The position numbers and the translations under genes are program-made. Below the pieces are notes generated by a model, which worked only from the letters and a program-made list of their open reading frames with translations, made no database searches and was not told the DNA's origin. A stretch of DNA of 33,063 nucleotides from Candidatus Micrarchaeota archaeon CG1_02_49_24 (lineage in GTDB: Archaea; Micrarchaeota; Micrarchaeia; Anstonellales; UBA8471), in the NCBI GenBank assembly GCA_001871535.1, contig MNVF01000038.1, forward strand, positions 1 to 33,063, given 5' to 3'. Positions within the stretch are counted from its first letter, which is position 1. Every line of letters starts with the position of its first letter. Shown piece by piece: positions 31,225-33,063 of this stretch.

Positions 31225-31479
31225 ATGACAATCCTGGATGATATTCTGAAAAGCGGCGCCTATACTAGGCGGGTAAAGCGGGCAGGCATGCTCCAAAAGA
31301 TAACCTTCAGAATCATTGAGGAAGATGGGATAAAATACCTTTTCTCAGGCAAGTTTTTTGAAATTCCGGAGCTCATTGAGGCAGCAAACGAAACCGGTCT
31401 GCCATTCAAGACAAAAAACGGCAAAGTCTTCCCAAATAAAAAAAGCGCTGAGAGCTATAGGTGCAAGACCAGTATATGA
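31225..31479 (+). CDS. Small hypothetical protein
   Basis: An 84-aa ORF from ATG 31225 (the track start is 31204) with no recognisable motif. Confidence 0.35.
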   Translation: MTILDDILKSGAYTRRVKRAGMLQKITFRIIEEDGIKYLFSGKFFEIPELIEAANETGLPFKTKNGKVFPNKKSAESYRCKTSI

Positions 31480-31582
31480 CCAGTAAGACCTTAGTCCAAG
31501 GTTTAAAGTTTAAGGTCTAAGGACGGTTTTGGACTTTGAACCCTAGACATTTAGACCTTAGGACTTATTAAGACCTGAAGAC
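31480..31582. repeat. Convergent intergenic region built from 7-nt words (taagacc, ttagtcc, ttaaggt, ctaagga, ttagacc...) with a 10-bp inverted repeat
   Basis: taaggtctaa (31511-31520) pairs with ttagacctta (31551-31560). The array fills the whole gap between two convergent stops. Confidence 0.7.
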
Positions 31583-32833
31583 TTACAGCTGCGCTTTCTC
31601 CCTTGTCAGATAAAGATAGGCTCCAATTGCCACAGCTGCCAGCACCACCACACCGCCCAGGACAATAGGCAGGGGCATGCCCACGCTTCCTAAATTGCCC
31701 CCTATAATCCCTGGGCTGGTCGAATTCGTATCAAGAATTACCAGCACGGCACTGCCAGCCACCGAATTCCTGTTCCCGGCATTGTCTATCGCATAGACGA
31801 TGTAGCTCAGTGAATCTGCCAGCCCGACATCCAGCTCTGCCTCATAGATAGAATTCGAATCCATGTACATCGTTTCCCTGCCGTGCCTGGAGCCTGACAC
31901 GTAGTCTACATAAACATCGCTGAGCTCGCCCATGCCACTTCCGTAGATACCAGACTCTGCCACCATGGCGCGCACCCGGGCATATCTATCGCCCAGGCGC
32001 TCCACGATTATGTTGCTAATCTCAGGTGGGTGCATATCAAAAAAAATGATAATGTTTGTGCCTTCGCTGAGGTCAGCCCTGGCAGTCTGTTTGAACCCCT
32101 TGGACTGGGCAGTAAACACTGCTGTTGGCCCTACATAATCCTTGAATTTCGCCATACCCAGCTCGTCCGCCTCATCGATGCGGTCGAGGAGGGTGACATA
32201 GCCCTTGACGGGCTCTCCGGTGTCATCCATGAGCTTGACAATCGGGTTATAAACAGGGAAAATAATATCTTCAGAGGTATCGCCCCTGACGGTGATGGAC
32301 TTGACCTGCTGGCCGTTTGAAAAATCAGCTATGATCGTCGTATCGCCAGGGGGCACAAGGAATGCCACATCTCCGTTGGCGTTGGCATAGCCAGTGAAAT
32401 TGCCCGCAGAGACCCTGCTCAAAAGCGGCGCCCTGCGCTGGTCGGTAACCTTTACCTTGAGGAGGTAGAGCTCTGTCTGAATTATTATGGAGGATGGGTG
32501 TTGGTAAACTTCAATCTCTCTCCTTGCACCCTTGTAGCCATAGAGAACCCGGATGGTCACTGTTTTGTCAACTTCGCCCTCCACAATCTCCACATTCTCA
32601 ATGGTGAAACTTGCCATGCCAAGGGCGTCAGATAGCTGGGAAATAGTCTGGAGCCCCCTGAGCGAATCGCGCTGATAGGTCACGAAGACTGTGGCATTCT
32701 GCACAGGCCTGCCAAGCATGTCCACCACCTGCACGGATACATAGTCATTGAAGGTGGAGAAAGCTGCTGGCACTAGGAGAAGCATGAATGCAATTGCAAA
32801 CACTAACATTGGCAAATATCTAGCTATATGCAT
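31583..32833 (-). CDS. Hypothetical surface protein (beta-rich, CarboxypepD_reg-like N-terminal module, C-terminal TM anchor)
   Basis: The signal-like N-terminus is LPMLVFAIAFMLLLVPAAFS. VQVVDMLGRPVQNATVFV resembles Ig-like regulatory domains. The C-terminal anchor is VVVLAAVAIGAYLYL. Confidence 0.6.
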   Translation of the reverse strand: MHIARYLPMLVFAIAFMLLLVPAAFSTFNDYVSVQVVDMLGRPVQNATVFVTYQRDSLRGLQTISQLSDALGMASFTIENVEIVEGEVDKTVTIRVLYGYKGARREIEVYQHPSSIIIQTELYLLKVKVTDQRRAPLLSRVSAGNFTGYANANGDVAFLVPPGDTTIIADFSNGQQVKSITVRGDTSEDIIFPVYNPIVKLMDDTGEPVKGYVTLLDRIDEADELGMAKFKDYVGPTAVFTAQSKGFKQTARADLSEGTNIIIFFDMHPPEISNIIVERLGDRYARVRAMVAESGIYGSGMGELSDVYVDYVSGSRHGRETMYMDSNSIYEAELDVGLADSLSYIVYAIDNAGNRNSVAGSAVLVILDTNSTSPGIIGGNLGSVGMPLPIVLGGVVVLAAVAIGAYLYLTREKAQL

Positions 32834-32918
32834 GGATTGATTTTGACAGGGAAATTAAAAAGATTGCTTATTTGATATCACTCAGATAATTGAGCGGCAA
32901 CAACCGAAAAGCAGACTT

Positions 32919-32997
32919 ATCAGATTTTCCGAAGAGCCTCTCTCGCTGATGCGAGAGACCCTGCACAATGTGCAGGGTATGAAGGCTCATTCGGAAA
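32919..32997 (+). repeat. 79-nt perfect repeat, copy B (family-C element)
   Basis: It is identical to 21203-21281 and lies upstream of the 31583..32833 gene. Confidence 0.9.
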
Positions 32998-33063
32998 TCC
33001 AGTTTTCGCTTGATAGCGAAAATCTCAAGGACTGTTGTCCTTGAATTCTCGTGAAGTTGGCGC
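32998..33063. repeat. Further tetraloop hairpins at the window edge
   Basis: These are ttttcgct-tgat-agcgaaaa and aaggac-tgtt-gtcctt. The first is nearly the same hairpin as at ~11061-11078. Confidence 0.6.

Noticed and set aside
1-33063. A search by eye for tRNA, rRNA, RNase P or SRP RNA signatures (T-loop GGTTCGAATCC-like, GAGGAAAGTCC, GGAAGG-type helix-8 motifs).
   Set aside because: None was found on either strand. This is a by-eye negative result only, and tRNAscan/Infernal should be run.

Overview
This is an archaeal chromosomal segment of roughly 50% G+C. It probably comes from a small-genome DPANN/Micrarchaeota-like archaeon. That placement is an inference from a ~391-aa single-chain multi-unit tRNA-splicing endonuclease, aRF1, Tyw1/Taw1, archaeal PheS-alpha, archaeal-type mevalonate-pathway genes and many surface proteins. 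No rRNA, tRNA or CRISPR array was recognised.

Gene content, left to right:
- A four-gene operon: ubiX, a UbiD-family decarboxylase, and the aconitase-X large and small subunits (lower half of the archaeal mevalonate pathway).
- Tyw1, a HAD phosphatase and endA.
- A four-helix-bundle pseudogene with an in-frame TAA.
- coaBC and aRF1.
- A minus-strand surface operon: a 910-aa S-layer-like protein, a ~700-aa membrane protein and a 160-aa anchor protein.
- A 1441-aa membrane-anchored double-AAA+ Cdc48-like ATPase carrying a 538-aa LAGLIDADG intein.
- A membrane-anchored HerA/FtsK-like P-loop ATPase.
- A disrupted HEAT-repeat gene.
- A lower-G+C segment with a Gfo/Idh/MocA-like gene.
- pheS embedded among four secreted or membrane proteins.

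The most unusual content is non-genic. The window is saturated with small structured repeat modules.
1. A ~101-nt double-hairpin (three-way-junction) element has invariant junction nucleotides, exactly 18-nt loops and covarying stems. It occurs four times, and three copies sit in frame inside conserved enzyme genes (UbiD once, Tyw1 twice).
2. Arrays of tetraloop mini-hairpins fill intergenic leaders. They include a 79-nt perfect repeat about 11.7 kb apart.
3. Short word arrays of 7-10 nt period (GGACYCT, AAGAC, TTAAACC) sit at gene boundaries and run into coding starts.
4. Two insertions are flanked by long (24- and 31-nt) direct repeats.

All structural claims come from reading the sequence by eye. 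No folding, search or statistics could be run.
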